Notes under the pieces: model-generated
Told to the model about the DNA's origin: nothing
The model's input: the letters and a program-made list of their open reading frames with translations, nothing else
Database searches by the model: none
Source: Pirellulales bacterium
GTDB taxonomy: Bacteria; Planctomycetota; Planctomycetia; Pirellulales; JAICIG01
Direction: 5' to 3'
Length of the DNA: 64,000 bases
NCBI GenBank assembly: GCA_040901675.1
Contig: JBBDYJ010000038.1
Coordinates: 201,376-265,375, forward strand
Position numbers and translations under genes: made by a program
Shown here: in pieces, positions 40,605 to 49,843 of the stretch
Numbering within the stretch: the stretch's first letter is position 1
Layout of the letters: every line of letters begins with the position of its first letter

Positions 40605-41411
40605 ATGCGAGGCGCGCTGAAAGGATCGTTGCTGTTGGCCGGATGCGTGCTGGCCGGTGGTGTATTCGCCACGCCACCAGAGACAGCCACGCAGATAACG
40701 ACGCCACCAGAGACGACCGACGAAGGACCTGCCGCGGCCGGGCTGATTGCCAACGGCGATTTCGACGGCGAGCCGACCTCCGCGGGCCGACCGGCCGGCT
40801 GGTACTTTCTGCACCAGGCCCGCCTGGCACGACACGGCGAAGACCAACGCCAAGGGCACCTGGCACAACCGAGTGTGCCTGCTGTGAAGGATGGGGACGA
40901 CGAGAGCGAAGGCGGACGGCACATCCCGGCGCGCGGCTCGACTGAGCTCGCGACTCGACTGAGCTCGCCGAAGTCCGAAGTCCGGGATGCCCGCTACCTT
41001 AAGAAGGCGATCGGCGGAAATTACCTGTCGCTGGCCAATGCCGTTCCCGGCCGCGACAGCCAGGCACAACAGGCCTTCGCGCTCGATGGCCGAAAAACCC
41101 GCCAGCTCGATGTGTCGTTTTGGACCAGGGCCAAGGGAGTGCGGCCGGGACAGTCGATCGAGCAGCGGCCGCAGTTGGCCATCTCCTTTTTCGATGAATC
41201 AAAAAGCTTGCTGGGCCGCGAGCAGGTCGGCCCATGGTTTGGCAGTTTCGACTGGCAGCGCAAAGAAGGCACGTTCGTCGTGCCGCCCGCCACGCGAATC
41301 GGGATCGTCTGGGTGGGCCTGTTCGGCGGCACCGGCGAGGCTGCCTTCGATAGCATCGAGATCAGGGCGGCTGAGGTGAACCCGTCGATCTTCACGCCGG
41401 CGCCCGAATGA
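40605..41411 (+). CDS. Exported protein with a CBM-like jelly-roll domain and an in-frame repeat-derived insert
   Basis: Signal peptide, LIANGDFD, QAFALDGRK, GPWFGSFDW, GLFGGTGEAAFDSI. Confidence 0.75.
   Translation: MRGALKGSLLLAGCVLAGGVFATPPETATQITTPPETTDEGPAAAGLIANGDFDGEPTSAGRPAGWYFLHQARLARHGEDQRQGHLAQPSVPAVKDGDDESEGGRHIPARGSTELATRLSSPKSEVRDARYLKKAIGGNYLSLANAVPGRDSQAQQAFALDGRKTRQLDVSFWTRAKGVRPGQSIEQRPQLAISFFDESKSLLGREQVGPWFGSFDWQRKEGTFVVPPATRIGIVWVGLFGGTGEAAFDSIEIRAAEVNPSIFTPAPE
40935..40982 (+). repeat. 24-bp element nested inside a second copy of itself
   Basis: GGCTCGACTGAGCTCGC[GACTCGACTGAGCTCGCCGAAGTC]CGAAGTC. Confidence 0.85.
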
Positions 41412-41492
41412 CGATCGCTCCTGCCCGGAGTGCCCGATCGTCGCCAACGGCAAGAAACTGAGAAAAAATCGGTCAACCACCCAAAAGTGTTA

Positions 41493-41521
41493 TTGAATCT
41501 GCCTCTCCAAGCGGCCATAAT
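41493..41521 (+). promoter_or_regulatory. sigma70 promoter
   Basis: TTGAAT-17 nt-CATAAT. Confidence 0.6.
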
Positions 41522-41527
41522 CTGATT

Positions 41528-41598
41528 GGGTTAGGGGGGCAAAACCCCTGACCACACTGCCCTTCGCAGGTACCTGCCCCGCCTGCGAAGGGTTTTTT
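41528..41598 (+). ncRNA. Candidate small RNA (two hairpins, about 70 nt)
   Basis: Starts about 6 nt after the -10; GGTTAGGGG/CCCCTGACC hairpin followed by the terminator; no ORF. Confidence 0.5.
41560..41598 (+). terminator. Rho-independent terminator
   Basis: Perfect 11-bp stem CCCTTCGCAGG/CCTGCGAAGGG followed by TTTTTT. Confidence 0.85.
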
Positions 41599-41630
41599 AT
41601 TGCGCGCGCCTCCGGCCGGCACGCTTTGGC

Positions 41631-41674
41631 CAGCAGGATTCGCCACAGTCGTAGCAGGATTCGCCAGAATTCTG
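41631..41674 (+). repeat. REP-like tandem (AGCAGGATTCGCCA, two copies)
   Basis: GTAGCAGGATTCGCCAGAATTC; a related segment lies at about 21035-21063. Confidence 0.5.
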
Positions 41675-41854
41675 GGACGTGCATGACGGCCCAAACTCTG
41701 GCGAGTTCGACTACACCGCATTCCGGTCGCAGGCTGCGACAGCCAGCGCCAAGGCGCCGACCAAAAGCGATCCGGCGGTCCGTTGAAGCCGGGCGTCGAG
41801 TAATCCGCGGAGCCGATGGAGCATCCTTGCTCTGTGGTTCGCGGTCTGGTGTGC

Positions 41855-42067
41855 TTAGGCCAGAAAAACTTCAACCAGGCGGCTGACCGTTGCCCGGGCC
41901 TGCGCGCCGGTCGCCTGGTAGTCCCAGTTGTACCGTGCCAGCTCGGCGAGCAGGCAGATGATGGCAATCAGGATCGCCAACAGCGCCACGGCCAGCATGG
42001 TCGTGTAGATGTCCCACTTGGGCGGCGAGAGCGCTCGAGTCCGGTCAGTTGATTCGGGTAGCGACAC
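41855..42067 (-). CDS. Small single-TM protein
   Basis: PKWDIYTTMLAVALLAILIAIICLLAELARYNWDY; start overlaps the end of the upstream gene. Confidence 0.7.
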   Translation of the reverse strand: MSLPESTDRTRALSPPKWDIYTTMLAVALLAILIAIICLLAELARYNWDYQATGAQARATVSRLVEVFLA

Positions 42068-42920
42068 GGTCTTCCCTCTGGATTGGACTTGCACGGAATT
42101 CGGGATCGGGCATGACCTTGGCCACCGACCGATCGGCCCGGGTCTCGATCACTTCGATTTTGCCCACGTACTTGCCGCCGTTGCGATAAACGATCAACTG
42201 GTGACCCTTGCGAAGCCCCTCGTCGGAGCCGAGCGAGATCTCGACCAGCCCACTGGAGCTGCTCTTGAGCACGATGCCGTCGACCTTGGGCGGTCCGTCG
42301 ACCGGTTCGTTGATGTCCAAGCCCCGGGAGTCCAGCACCTGCTTGGCCTTGGCCACCCGCTCGGCCAGGACGGAATGGCTGGCCGCCAATCGCTCGATTT
42401 GGCCGAGGAGCTTGTTCAGCTCGTCGGTCTTGGCCACCACTTCCTTGAAATGCGCATCGCGGTCGGCGTAGGCCTGCTTGATTTCACCTCGCAACGTGTC
42501 GATCTCGCCGAGCTTGGCATCCAGCATGGTCTGGTTCGCCTTGGCGGCCTCGACGGCCTGCCGCTCGCCTTGGGTCAGCAGGGCCTGTTCGTTGACTAAC
42601 TGGGTGTGCTCCCTGCGAAGCTGCTCTTTTTCGGCCTCCAGCTTGGCCAGTTGTTGCCGCTTCGACGCTTCCTCGCGCGAAAGGGCGTTGCGCAGGTTGT
42701 CGACCTGGCGCTGCAAATCCGTCACTTGAGCCTGGGCCTGGGCCAATTGAGGCTTGAGACCCAAGGGCTCGCCCGGCTTGACGGCGGCCTGCGGCCGCTC
42801 GATTTCGTCTTTCCAGTGCTTGTGCGTGGCATAAATGGTCACCGCCAGGCCCATGAAAAACAGGCTGAACACCAAAATCAGCACGACGAAGATCTTACCG
42901 ACGAGGTTCATCGAGGCCAC
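42045..42920 (-). CDS. Membrane-anchored coiled-coil protein with a C-terminal beta domain (VEISLGSDEGL)
   Basis: N-terminal TM helix, long heptad region; AGGA upstream of GTG. Confidence 0.8.
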   Translation of the reverse strand: MASMNLVGKIFVVLILVFSLFFMGLAVTIYATHKHWKDEIERPQAAVKPGEPLGLKPQLAQAQAQVTDLQRQVDNLRNALSREEASKRQQLAKLEAEKEQLRREHTQLVNEQALLTQGERQAVEAAKANQTMLDAKLGEIDTLRGEIKQAYADRDAHFKEVVAKTDELNKLLGQIERLAASHSVLAERVAKAKQVLDSRGLDINEPVDGPPKVDGIVLKSSSSGLVEISLGSDEGLRKGHQLIVYRNGGKYVGKIEVIETRADRSVAKVMPDPEFRASPIQREDRVATRIN

Positions 42921-43050
42921 TCCTGGAATAACTTACCGACTCCGGACATCCCGTGTGTTACAACCCGCTTTGCGGCCGGCGCCGGGCAAAGGTGTTTCGA
43001 GACTGAACCGGTTCACATGACAAGAGATAGAGTTACAGACTGGTTCTTTT

Positions 43051-43080
43051 AGTATAAACCTGCCCGATTTTGAAAGTCAA
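43051..43080 (-). promoter_or_regulatory. sigma70 promoter for 42920
   Basis: TTGACT-18 nt-TATACT on the minus strand. Confidence 0.55.
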
Positions 43081-43145
43081 TCAAGAACCGTTCAATTTCG
43101 CTAAGATAGGCCGGAAGGGCAAAGCTAAGCCAACCCGGCCGGTGG

Positions 43146-44873
43146 TCAACTCGCCGGGAGAGCCGTTCGCCGGCGATCGACCAGGCCCGAAACGAGCAAA
43201 CCGAGACAGGCGGCCAGGCAGGCGGCGGCCGGCCAATCGCCCCAGTGCAGATAGCGGCTCGACCGGCCGTCCAACCGGACGTCGGCCACGATAATGCCGG
43301 TGTCGCGGCGCGGCCCGCGGCGGAGGATTCGCCCGTCGGCGTCGATCCAGGCCGAGAATCCGGTATTGGCGGCGATCAAGAACGGCTTGCGGCACTCGAC
43401 GGCCCGGAACACCGCGCAGGCCAGGTGCTGATCCAGTTCGCTGGAGCCCCAAAACCAGCCGTCGTTGGTCAGGTTCACCAGCACGTCGGGCTCCTGGCCT
43501 CGGCGGGCAAGCATGGCCACCTGGCTGCGGATGAAATGGGGCACCGTGCTCTCGAAGCAGATGTTGGCCGCCAGCCGAGTGGAACCGAGATCGAACGCTT
43601 CGGGCTGTCCGCCGGCGTCCAGACCTCCGCCCAGCGGCGTCAGCTTGTACAGCCATGGGAAGTGGTTGGCCAAGGGAACAAACTCGCCGAACATCACGCG
43701 GTGCATTTTGTCGTACCGGGGTCCAAGGCGGCCGCCGCGGTCGATGAACAGTGCCGAGTTGTAGCGCCTGGCGGCATCCGAATCGAAGTGCAGCGTGTCC
43801 AGCCCCAGCAGCAGCGGCGCGCCGAGCAGCAATGCCTGGCTTTCGATCAACGCCTGGCGTTGGGCCACGAGGCGATCGAACGACTCGCGTGAGCCCGTCC
43901 ACTCGGCAGGCAAACGGGCGTCGGGGCCGGCCACGATGAACGGGTCGCGGAACATCGTCTCCGGCCAGACGATCAGGTCGAGATCCGGGTGCTGCCGGCC
44001 GGCCCGCCGCGACAACTCGAAGTACTGGTCGTGGATCCGCTGGTGCTCGGTCGGATCATGCTTCATCTCGGTGTCGATCGAGCCCTGGATCAGCGCTACT
44101 TTCGGACCGGGGCGGGTCCGATCGTCACGCAGCCGCAGGTGGCCGTAGGCGAGTGCCGATCCGAGCACGACAGCCAGCGGCAAGAGCGGCCACAGCGCGG
44201 CGGCGCTCCAGCGGCGCGCAAGCCCGCCCACCGCATCGTCCAGCGGCACGATACGCGCGAGGCAGGCGGCCGAACACATCAGCACAAAGCTCACCGCGTA
44301 AGCGCCGGCCAGGTCCGAGATCTGGATCAACTCCAGCCAGCGGTGCTGCGTGTGCGCCAGCCCAGCCATGCTGAAGCCGCTGAGCAAGCGGGCCTGCGCC
44401 AGCTCCAGTCCCACCCAAACCACCGGCGCCGCCAGCGCGACCGGACAGCGCCAGCGGTGGACCGCTACCCGCGACAGGCCCACGAACAGCGGCAGGTAAA
44501 TCCCCAGGTACAGCGAAAGCGCCACCCACCCCAGGCTGGTGGCCGGGTGAGGCAGGCGGAGCCAGTGCAGCGCGGCCAGCCAGAAACAACAGCCCGCCAG
44601 CCAGAGCGCAACGTATGGCCGGCGTCCAGTCAGGCTGCGGTGGCGGACCAGGATGAGCCAGGGAATCGGTGCCAGCCAGGCCAGCGGCCAGGCGTTCAGC
44701 GGGGGCTGTGCGGCCCACAGCAATCCGCTGCCGGCAAGTCCGTAGAGCAACGTGCGGCTCACGCGCGGGCCGCCGGAGCGGCCGGCGCGGCCATCAACCG
44801 CGGCCGGCTGGGTTGGCGAAGCATCGCCGTTGGGGATTCGCGGCCGCTTCGGTGAATTCTTGACGCTCGACAT
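43146..44873 (-). CDS. lnt: Apolipoprotein N-acyltransferase
   Basis: LIVWPET, YDKMHRVMFGEFVP, ICFE, NLTNDGWF, ANTGFSAWID. Confidence 0.93.
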   Translation of the reverse strand: MSSVKNSPKRPRIPNGDASPTQPAAVDGRAGRSGGPRVSRTLLYGLAGSGLLWAAQPPLNAWPLAWLAPIPWLILVRHRSLTGRRPYVALWLAGCCFWLAALHWLRLPHPATSLGWVALSLYLGIYLPLFVGLSRVAVHRWRCPVALAAPVVWVGLELAQARLLSGFSMAGLAHTQHRWLELIQISDLAGAYAVSFVLMCSAACLARIVPLDDAVGGLARRWSAAALWPLLPLAVVLGSALAYGHLRLRDDRTRPGPKVALIQGSIDTEMKHDPTEHQRIHDQYFELSRRAGRQHPDLDLIVWPETMFRDPFIVAGPDARLPAEWTGSRESFDRLVAQRQALIESQALLLGAPLLLGLDTLHFDSDAARRYNSALFIDRGGRLGPRYDKMHRVMFGEFVPLANHFPWLYKLTPLGGGLDAGGQPEAFDLGSTRLAANICFESTVPHFIRSQVAMLARRGQEPDVLVNLTNDGWFWGSSELDQHLACAVFRAVECRKPFLIAANTGFSAWIDADGRILRRGPRRDTGIIVADVRLDGRSSRYLHWGDWPAAACLAACLGLLVSGLVDRRRTALPAS

Positions 44874-44927
44874 GGTCTTAGGAAGGGCGGTCTTAGGAAG
44901 GGCGAGACTCGACCCTGGTCCAAACTT

Positions 44928-46154
44928 CTATTCGAGCAGGTACACGTCCAAACGGGAACCCGCCTCGTGGGTGCGGTCGCCAGCGGGGAAACATACCAGC
45001 GCGTCGGCCTCGACCAACCCCAATAGATCGGCCGATCCGTGCCAGGCGACCGGCTCGACCTCGTCGCCATCCGGTCCGGGTTTCAGCCGGGCCGGGTGAT
45101 AGGTGGGCCGCTCGCCGCGATGCACGTGGCGGGTTGCCAGCCGGGCGGTCGTTCGCTTGGGTCCTCGTTTCTGCCTGCCGGCGAGCCGCTCGATGGCCGG
45201 CCTTACGAACAGCTCGAAGCACACCAGGCTGCTGACCGGGTTGCCCGGCAGCCCGAAGACAAGCTTGTCGAATCCCTCGACGTTGGCCACGCCAAACCAC
45301 AGCGGCTTGCCCGGCTTGAGCCGCACTTTGTGAAACACCTGCTCAACCCCCAGCTCCGCAAGCACCCGAGGCACCAGGTCCAGTACCCCGGCCGACACGC
45401 CTCCGGACAACACCAGCACGTCGGCGGCAAGACCCTGCTGAATCAGCCGGCGAAGCTCGTCGGGATCGTCGCGGCCCACGCCCAAATCCACCGGTTCGGC
45501 GCCGACCCGCCGCGCGGCAGCCAAGAGCATGGGCCCGTTGCTGTTGCGGATCTGCCCCGCCGCGGGCAAATCGACGGGCGGTACGAGCTCGTTGCCGGTC
45601 GGCAGGACGGCCACCGTCGACCGGGGAACGGCTTGCACTTCGACCCGGCCCACTTCGCACAAGAGCCCGATTTCGACGGCCCGCAGCAGGTGGCCGGGGC
45701 CGAGCACCGCTTGCCCGCGCCGCAAGGAGGTGCCGCGGCGCATGATGTTTTGACCCGGCCGCACCTGGGAGCCCCGCAGCAGGACGCGTTCGACACCGCC
45801 ATCCGGGCGAGGAAGCACCTGGGCATTCTCGACCATCACCACGGCGTCGGCCCCCGGCGGCAACGGCGCGCCGGTCATGAGCCGCGTTGCCTGACCCGGT
45901 GCCACGTGCCGCGTGGGAACCGCTCCGGCCACCACTTCCTCGATCACCTCCAGACGGGCTTCACCCCCGGCCAGGTCGGCGGCCACCACGGCGTAGCCAT
46001 CGACGACCGACTTGTCGTGCGGCGGAGAGTCGACGTCGCTGGTTACCTCCTCGGCGAGCACCAGGCCCAGGGCGTCGGCCACCGGCGTTATCTCGGCGGG
46101 TCGCGGGCGGGCGCGAGCCAGCACACGATCGAGCGCTTCTTCGACGGTGATCAT
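44928..46154 (-). CDS. moeA: Molybdopterin molybdotransferase
   Basis: DKSVVDGYAV, MTGAPLP, TGNEL, SGGVSAG, KPGKP, LPGNPVS. Confidence 0.93.
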   Translation of the reverse strand: MITVEEALDRVLARARPRPAEITPVADALGLVLAEEVTSDVDSPPHDKSVVDGYAVVAADLAGGEARLEVIEEVVAGAVPTRHVAPGQATRLMTGAPLPPGADAVVMVENAQVLPRPDGGVERVLLRGSQVRPGQNIMRRGTSLRRGQAVLGPGHLLRAVEIGLLCEVGRVEVQAVPRSTVAVLPTGNELVPPVDLPAAGQIRNSNGPMLLAAARRVGAEPVDLGVGRDDPDELRRLIQQGLAADVLVLSGGVSAGVLDLVPRVLAELGVEQVFHKVRLKPGKPLWFGVANVEGFDKLVFGLPGNPVSSLVCFELFVRPAIERLAGRQKRGPKRTTARLATRHVHRGERPTYHPARLKPGPDGDEVEPVAWHGSADLLGLVEADALVCFPAGDRTHEAGSRLDVYLLE

Positions 46155-46741
46155 GAATTGCCAAGGGACAGGAAGTTTTTCAGTATGTCCGGCCCCCGCT
46201 GGGTGAGGAAGCTCTCGGGGTGGAACTGGACGCCGTGCAGGGGAAAGCTTCGGTGGCGTATGCCCATGATCTCGCGGCCACCGTCCGGCGCATCGCACCA
46301 GGCCGAGACGATGAACTCGTCGGCCAGCGTGCCCGGTTCGATGATCAGGCTGTGGTAGCGGGTGGCCTGGAATGGGTTTTCCAGTCCCGCGAAGAGTCCT
46401 AGGCCATCGTGGTGGATCATGTCGGTCTTGCCGTGCATCAGCCGCTTGGCGCGGACGATGTTGCCGCCGAAAGCATGGCCGATGGACTGATGACCCAGGC
46501 AGACGCCCAGGATCGGCACCTGGGCGGCGAAGCGGCTCACGCAGTCGCAGGAGATGCCTGCCTCGCGTGGCGTACACGGCCCCGGGGAGATGATCAGATG
46601 CGAGGGCTTCCGCCGGGCGATCTCGTCGAGCGTGATCTGGTCGTTGCGATGAACTTCGAGTTCCACCTGCGGATCGATTTCACCGAGGCGCTGGACCAGG
46701 TTGTAGGTAAAGGAGTCGTAGTTGTCGATCAGCAGGATCAT
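46151..46741 (-). CDS. Anthranilate/aminodeoxychorismate synthase component II (TrpG/PabA)
   Basis: IDNYDSFTYNL, ISPGPCTP, GVCLGHQ, RYHSL, GVQFHPES. Confidence 0.95.
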   Translation of the reverse strand: MILLIDNYDSFTYNLVQRLGEIDPQVELEVHRNDQITLDEIARRKPSHLIISPGPCTPREAGISCDCVSRFAAQVPILGVCLGHQSIGHAFGGNIVRAKRLMHGKTDMIHHDGLGLFAGLENPFQATRYHSLIIEPGTLADEFIVSAWCDAPDGGREIMGIRHRSFPLHGVQFHPESFLTQRGPDILKNFLSLGNS

Positions 46742-46831
46742 CGCCGACCCGTTCGAACATCGCCATCTGGGCCCTTCAGCAGTCTAGCAGGGGGGCGGGA
46801 GGCGGGTGAAGGGCGGCTCCTCCTTGTGCGG

Positions 46832-46911
46832 CTGCTTGGATCCGTGTGCCACTGCTTGGATCCGTGTGCCACTGCTTGGAGCGGCCGCCCTGCAGTGGCA
46901 CAAAGCGGCAC
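46832..46911. repeat. REP-like family GTGCCACTGCTTGG (tandem plus inverted GCAGTGGCAC)
   Basis: 20-bp tandem duplication; same core as 63287-63419. Confidence 0.7.
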
Positions 46912-46917
46912 GGACTG

Positions 46918-47238
46918 TCAGGCTGCCGGCTTGCGCAGCGGCACGAGCCGTTCGCCGGACGGCACGAGCGACGTGATTCGAATGCCGAACTTGCCGCCTA
47001 CCGTGACCGCCTCACCTTCGGCCACTCGCTGGTTGCCGACCCGCATTTCGAGCATCTCCCGGCACGACTTGTCGAACTGGATGATCGATCCCGGAGCCAG
47101 CTCGACAATCCGGCCGATCGGCTGCTTTTTCCAAGCCAAAGTCGCCGTGACCGGCACCTGGATCCTCAACAGCCCGCGCGAATAGGCGGGCAGCTCGGCA
47201 AGGCCCTTTGTTTCGTAAGTGGCTGGTGTTGCTGGCAT
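46918..47238 (-). CDS. FliM/FliN (SpoA) C-terminal domain protein
   Basis: LLRIQVPVTATLA...LAPGSIIQFDKSC...VAEGEAVTVGGKFGIRI. Confidence 0.85.
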   Translation of the reverse strand: MPATPATYETKGLAELPAYSRGLLRIQVPVTATLAWKKQPIGRIVELAPGSIIQFDKSCREMLEMRVGNQRVAEGEAVTVGGKFGIRITSLVPSGERLVPLRKPAA

Positions 47239-47489
47239 GGCTCGATTTGCGGGCAAACAGGCTCCTCGACGGTGCTGGCGGCCGTAATCTTTCATATCGG
47301 GCGGAACGACCCCTAAACTTTGCCTGGCTTCCATTTCACCATCCAGGACCCGGCAAGCGCGAGCTGCCTTGCGGCGGCGCCCGCCAAACTTTGTTCGGCG
47401 GACTTTTGGCGCATATACTTGTCTATCGGCCTTCGGCATGTTGGGCCGGCGGCGGCCACGACTTTTCTTCCCACGAGCACATGAGAGCT

Positions 47490-48635
47490 ATGAGCACTGT
47501 TGCCGACCGGGGGCTGGCGCCCACCTTGGAGCTGGCTCCCTACAAGTCGCTGGACAACCAGGAGCTCCAGGAGCGGATCGCCGCCGTCCGTGCGCAGCTC
47601 GGCCCCCGACTGCTGATCCTCGGCCACCATTACCAGCAGGACGAGGTGATCGCCCTGGCCGATCTCACGGGCGACAGCTACCAGCTCAGCCAGATGGCGG
47701 CCGACAGCGGCGACTGCCGGGCCATTGCCTTCTGCGGCGTGCACTTCATGGCCGAAACGGCCGACGTCCTGGCCAACCGCCCCGAACGCCTGGCCGAGCG
47801 CAACGGCGAGCGCGTCACGGTTGTGCTGCCCGACATGGCGGCCGGCTGCTCGATGGCCGACATGGCCGGCATCGACCAGGTCGAGTCATGCTGGGACGAG
47901 TTGGGGCAGGTGCTCGATACCTCGGACATCACGCCGGTGACCTATATCAATTCGGCCGCCAGCCTGAAGGCTTTCTGCGGCCGGCACGGCGGCATCGTTT
48001 GCACTTCGAGCAACGCGGCCGCGGTGCTCCAGTGGGCGCTGCGGCGGACCAGCCGGGTGCTGTTTTTTCCCGACCAGCATTTGGGGCGCAACACGGCCTA
48101 CGACCTGGGCATCCCGCTGGAACAGATGCCGGTCTGGAATCCGCATGCCGATGAGCTGGGCGGCAACACCGAACAGGCCCTTCTCGACAGCAAGGTGCTG
48201 CTATGGCGGGGCCATTGCAGCGTACACGCCATGTTCCGGCCCGAGCACGTGGATCAGTTCCGGCAGAAGTTTCCAGGCATCAAGATCCTGGTGCACCCCG
48301 AGTGCCGGCGCGACGTGGTCGCCAAGGCCGACGTGTATGGCTCGACCGGCAAGATTATCCGCGAGGTCGCGGCCTCGCCGGCGGGCACGCAATGGGCGAT
48401 CGGAACCGAGCTGCACCTGGTCGAGCGGCTGAAGAAGGAGCATCCCGATCAGCAGATCCACTTCCTCTCGCCGGTGGTCTGCATGTGCGCCACGATGTAC
48501 CGCATCGACCTGGCTCACCTTTGCTGGAGCCTGGAGAACCTGGCCGCCGGCACGCCGGTGAACGTGATCGAGGTCGACGACGACACCGCCCGCTGGTCGC
48601 TCGTCGCGCTGGAGCGCATGCTCCAGGTGAAGTAG
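47490..48635 (+). CDS. nadA: Quinolinate synthase
   Basis: LGHHYQ, FCGVHFMAETA, AGCSMAD, YINS, CTSSNA, VHPEC, CATM. Confidence 0.96.
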   Translation: MSTVADRGLAPTLELAPYKSLDNQELQERIAAVRAQLGPRLLILGHHYQQDEVIALADLTGDSYQLSQMAADSGDCRAIAFCGVHFMAETADVLANRPERLAERNGERVTVVLPDMAAGCSMADMAGIDQVESCWDELGQVLDTSDITPVTYINSAASLKAFCGRHGGIVCTSSNAAAVLQWALRRTSRVLFFPDQHLGRNTAYDLGIPLEQMPVWNPHADELGGNTEQALLDSKVLLWRGHCSVHAMFRPEHVDQFRQKFPGIKILVHPECRRDVVAKADVYGSTGKIIREVAASPAGTQWAIGTELHLVERLKKEHPDQQIHFLSPVVCMCATMYRIDLAHLCWSLENLAAGTPVNVIEVDDDTARWSLVALERMLQVK

Positions 48636-48726
48636 TAGAACGGAATTTATTCCGTTTCGAGGCGAGGCAGGATACGGAATGAATTCCGTCTACGGTAAGG
48701 CACAAACGGAATGAATTCCGTTCTAC
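48635..48726. repeat. GTAG-type REP cluster (CGGAATGAATTCCG, three copies)
   Basis: GTAGAACGGAATTTATTCCGTT plus two inverted copies between convergent genes. Confidence 0.8.
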
Positions 48727-48728
48727 TT

Positions 48729-49766
48729 CTATTTGGCGTCGACGCGGCGGCACCAGGCGATCTTGTCCGCCGTCGTGGTGGGCAGCGAACCGGCGGCCGC
48801 GGGCGGACTGGGCTTCTTGGCCGCCTGTGGTGAGACCGCTTCGGCAGCTTCAGCTTCGCCGGCCGTATCGCCGGCGGGCTCCGGCGCGGCAACGGCCGAT
48901 CCGATGGTCTCGCCGGTCTCGTCGGCAGCGGATCCGTTGGTCTCGTCGGCCATCTGCTCCCCGTCGCCCGAAGCCTCGTCGGCCGCAACCTCTTCCGCCG
49001 GTGCTTCGGCTGGTGGGGTCTTGGGCTGCTGGCCCGCGCGGGCGGCCGCCAGGATATCAGCGGTTGAGAGCTTGGCCTTGGCTGCCGATGCGGCGGTCTT
49101 GGGTGTGGCGGTCTCGGGCTTGCCCGCGGATGCCGGTTTCGCGGGAGCTGGTTTGACGGAGGCCGGTTTGGCGGCTGCCTCCGCCCCAGCTTGGGGGGCG
49201 GGGGGTTGTGCCGCGGTCTTGCCGGCTCGCGCCGCCGCCAGGATATCCGCCGTGCTCTTGGGTTTCGCGACGGGCGCCGCCTGCGCGGCGGCCTTCGGGG
49301 TGCGAGCGGCGGCCAGGATCTCGGCCGTGCTCTTGGTCTTGCCGGCCGTGCTCTTGGTCTTGTCGGCCGGCGCAGTCTTTTCGGCCGAAGGGGTTGCCGG
49401 CGCGGACGGTTTCTTGGCAGCACCTTGCAGGCGGGCCATTTCCAGCGGCGAAAGTTTCTTTTCGGCCGGAGCCGCCGTTTCAGCGACCGGTTTTGCCTTG
49501 GCGGGCGCTGGTTTGGCTGCCGGCTTTTCCGCCTTCTCCGCCGGCTTCGGCGGCGGCTTGTCGACCACCTTCAGGTAGTCCAGCTCAATGTCGTACCAGC
49601 CGGTGTTGTTGTAGGCGTCGAACTCGACCAGCGCCCGGCCGCTCATGTTGACGGTCTTGACCTGACCCGTCTGGCCGCGGAACCGCGCCAGGTCCGGCCG
49701 GTTCGGGTCGACGACCACGTACTTATCGGTGTAACTGCGCTTCAGCTCTTCGATCCGTTCGAACAT
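48729..49766 (-). CDS. Protein with an N-terminal SH3-like domain and an Ala/Pro/Lys-rich tail carrying repeated STA(D/E)ILAAAR motifs
   Basis: TDKYVVVD...GQVKTVNMSGRALVEFD...GWYDI; low-complexity tail. Confidence 0.8.
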   Translation of the reverse strand: MFERIEELKRSYTDKYVVVDPNRPDLARFRGQTGQVKTVNMSGRALVEFDAYNNTGWYDIELDYLKVVDKPPPKPAEKAEKPAAKPAPAKAKPVAETAAPAEKKLSPLEMARLQGAAKKPSAPATPSAEKTAPADKTKSTAGKTKSTAEILAAARTPKAAAQAAPVAKPKSTADILAAARAGKTAAQPPAPQAGAEAAAKPASVKPAPAKPASAGKPETATPKTAASAAKAKLSTADILAAARAGQQPKTPPAEAPAEEVAADEASGDGEQMADETNGSAADETGETIGSAVAAPEPAGDTAGEAEAAEAVSPQAAKKPSPPAAAGSLPTTTADKIAWCRRVDAK

Positions 49767-49843
49767 CAAGCGACTTGCTCCACTGGCGACCCGCTGCCGT
49801 GCCCCTCGTAAACCTCGGATTCTGCTCGATGCGGGCCCCAAAA

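Noticed and set aside
44874..44904. 15-bp tandem duplication upstream of lnt (and 15-bp x3 repeat at about 60711-60756)
   Set aside because: Simple slippage repeats with no further structure.
46918..47238. Flagellar or type III secretion locus
   Set aside because: Only an isolated FliM/FliN C-terminal domain gene; no other components nearby.
47240..47489. NAD-sensing riboswitch upstream of nadA
   Set aside because: No recognisable conserved motif or terminator; the region is a divergent promoter gap.
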